Source: Limisphaerales bacterium (GTDB taxonomy: Bacteria; Verrucomicrobiota; Verrucomicrobiia; Limisphaerales; SIBE01). Taken from it: DNA of 64,000 bases. The stretch spans positions 1 through 64,000 of the forward strand of contig JBGAIN010000007.1 in assembly GCA_044225505.1 (NCBI GenBank), read 5' to 3'. The position numbers were made by a program, and so were the translations under genes. Positions 63,606 to 64,000 of the stretch are shown here, in pieces (the stretch's first letter is position 1; each line of letters opens with the position of its first letter). The notes under the pieces are model-generated. The model worked only from the letters and a program-made list of their open reading frames with translations. It was not told the origin of the DNA and searched no databases.

Positions 63606-64000
63606 CTACTCAGCATCCCGTCTCAGTCGCCCTTTCATATCCAGGTAGGCTGTCTCAATTAACTTCCTAAGCGCGATCGCGTTCACGTCGGATTCCGGCC
63701 TGAGTTTCACATGGCGCATGAACTTGCCATTGCCCTCTAACAAACCCTCAGGATCGGCGAGCTCCGCCCCGCGAAAGAATCCGATATTAACGTGCGCTTT
63801 GAACACATTGACGTAGCCGAATGCGGCATCAGTGACACACGCCGTTGGGTGGCCATCATGCAACAACTCTCGGACGTCTCCTCCACAAGCGCGCATTATC
63901 TCGAACCAGTCTTGTGCCATCACCGCCAGTCTACCGGAGTGCTTCTGCATCCAGACGTCAATGGCCGGGTCTCGCTTGACGGCTTGGGCGAATCGAAAAA
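63606..64000 (-). CDS. DUF1801-domain protein, 5' end outside the window
   Basis: VRELLHDGHPTACV..AAFGYVNVF..HVNIGFF.GA.L.DP..LLEG.GKFMRHVKL; frame stays open to the window edge. Confidence 0.85.
   Translation of the reverse strand, partial: FRFAQAVKRDPAIDVWMQKHSGRLAVMAQDWFEIMRACGGDVRELLHDGHPTACVTDAAFGYVNVFKAHVNIGFFRGAELADPEGLLEGNGKFMRHVKLRPESDVNAIALRKLIETAYLDMKGRLRRDAE

Overview
Bacterial chromosomal window, probably Verrucomicrobiota of the Pedosphaera/Limisphaera type. This is inferred from H-X9-DG prepilin-like proteins, an ECF sigma paired with a FecR-LamG anti-sigma, and secreted proteins ending in an FY[RQ]L motif. There are four blocks. (1) ~0.3-19.7 kb looks like a phosphorus-starvation island: phosphonate-associated dehydrogenase plus DUF5690 permease, a CehA/McbA PHP hydrolase, two prepilin-like proteins, a 2252-aa LamG/Ig/phytase-like/5'-nucleotidase fusion, an internally deleted phosphatase, and btaA coupled to a GNAT-like gene. 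Several of these promoters carry 11-bp-periodic Pho-box-like repeats. (2) ~20.4-22.6 kb holds an OpgC-like acyltransferase with an EF-hand insert, followed by an inverted 11-bp repeat array. (3) ~23.2-28.1 kb is a decaying integron: intI pseudogene, attI, five cassettes with attC sites, both ParE toxins disabled, a collapsed four-helix-bundle gene and an IS91-like fragment. A BspA-type LRR surface protein follows. (4) ~32.7-59 kb is a ~26-kb minus-strand arabinoxylan/arabinan utilisation cluster (GH10, GH43 x3, GH51, GH127/146, several esterases, GPH transporter) headed by ECF sigma/anti-sigma, followed by a few accessory genes. All family calls come from motif recognition by eye; no database searches were run.
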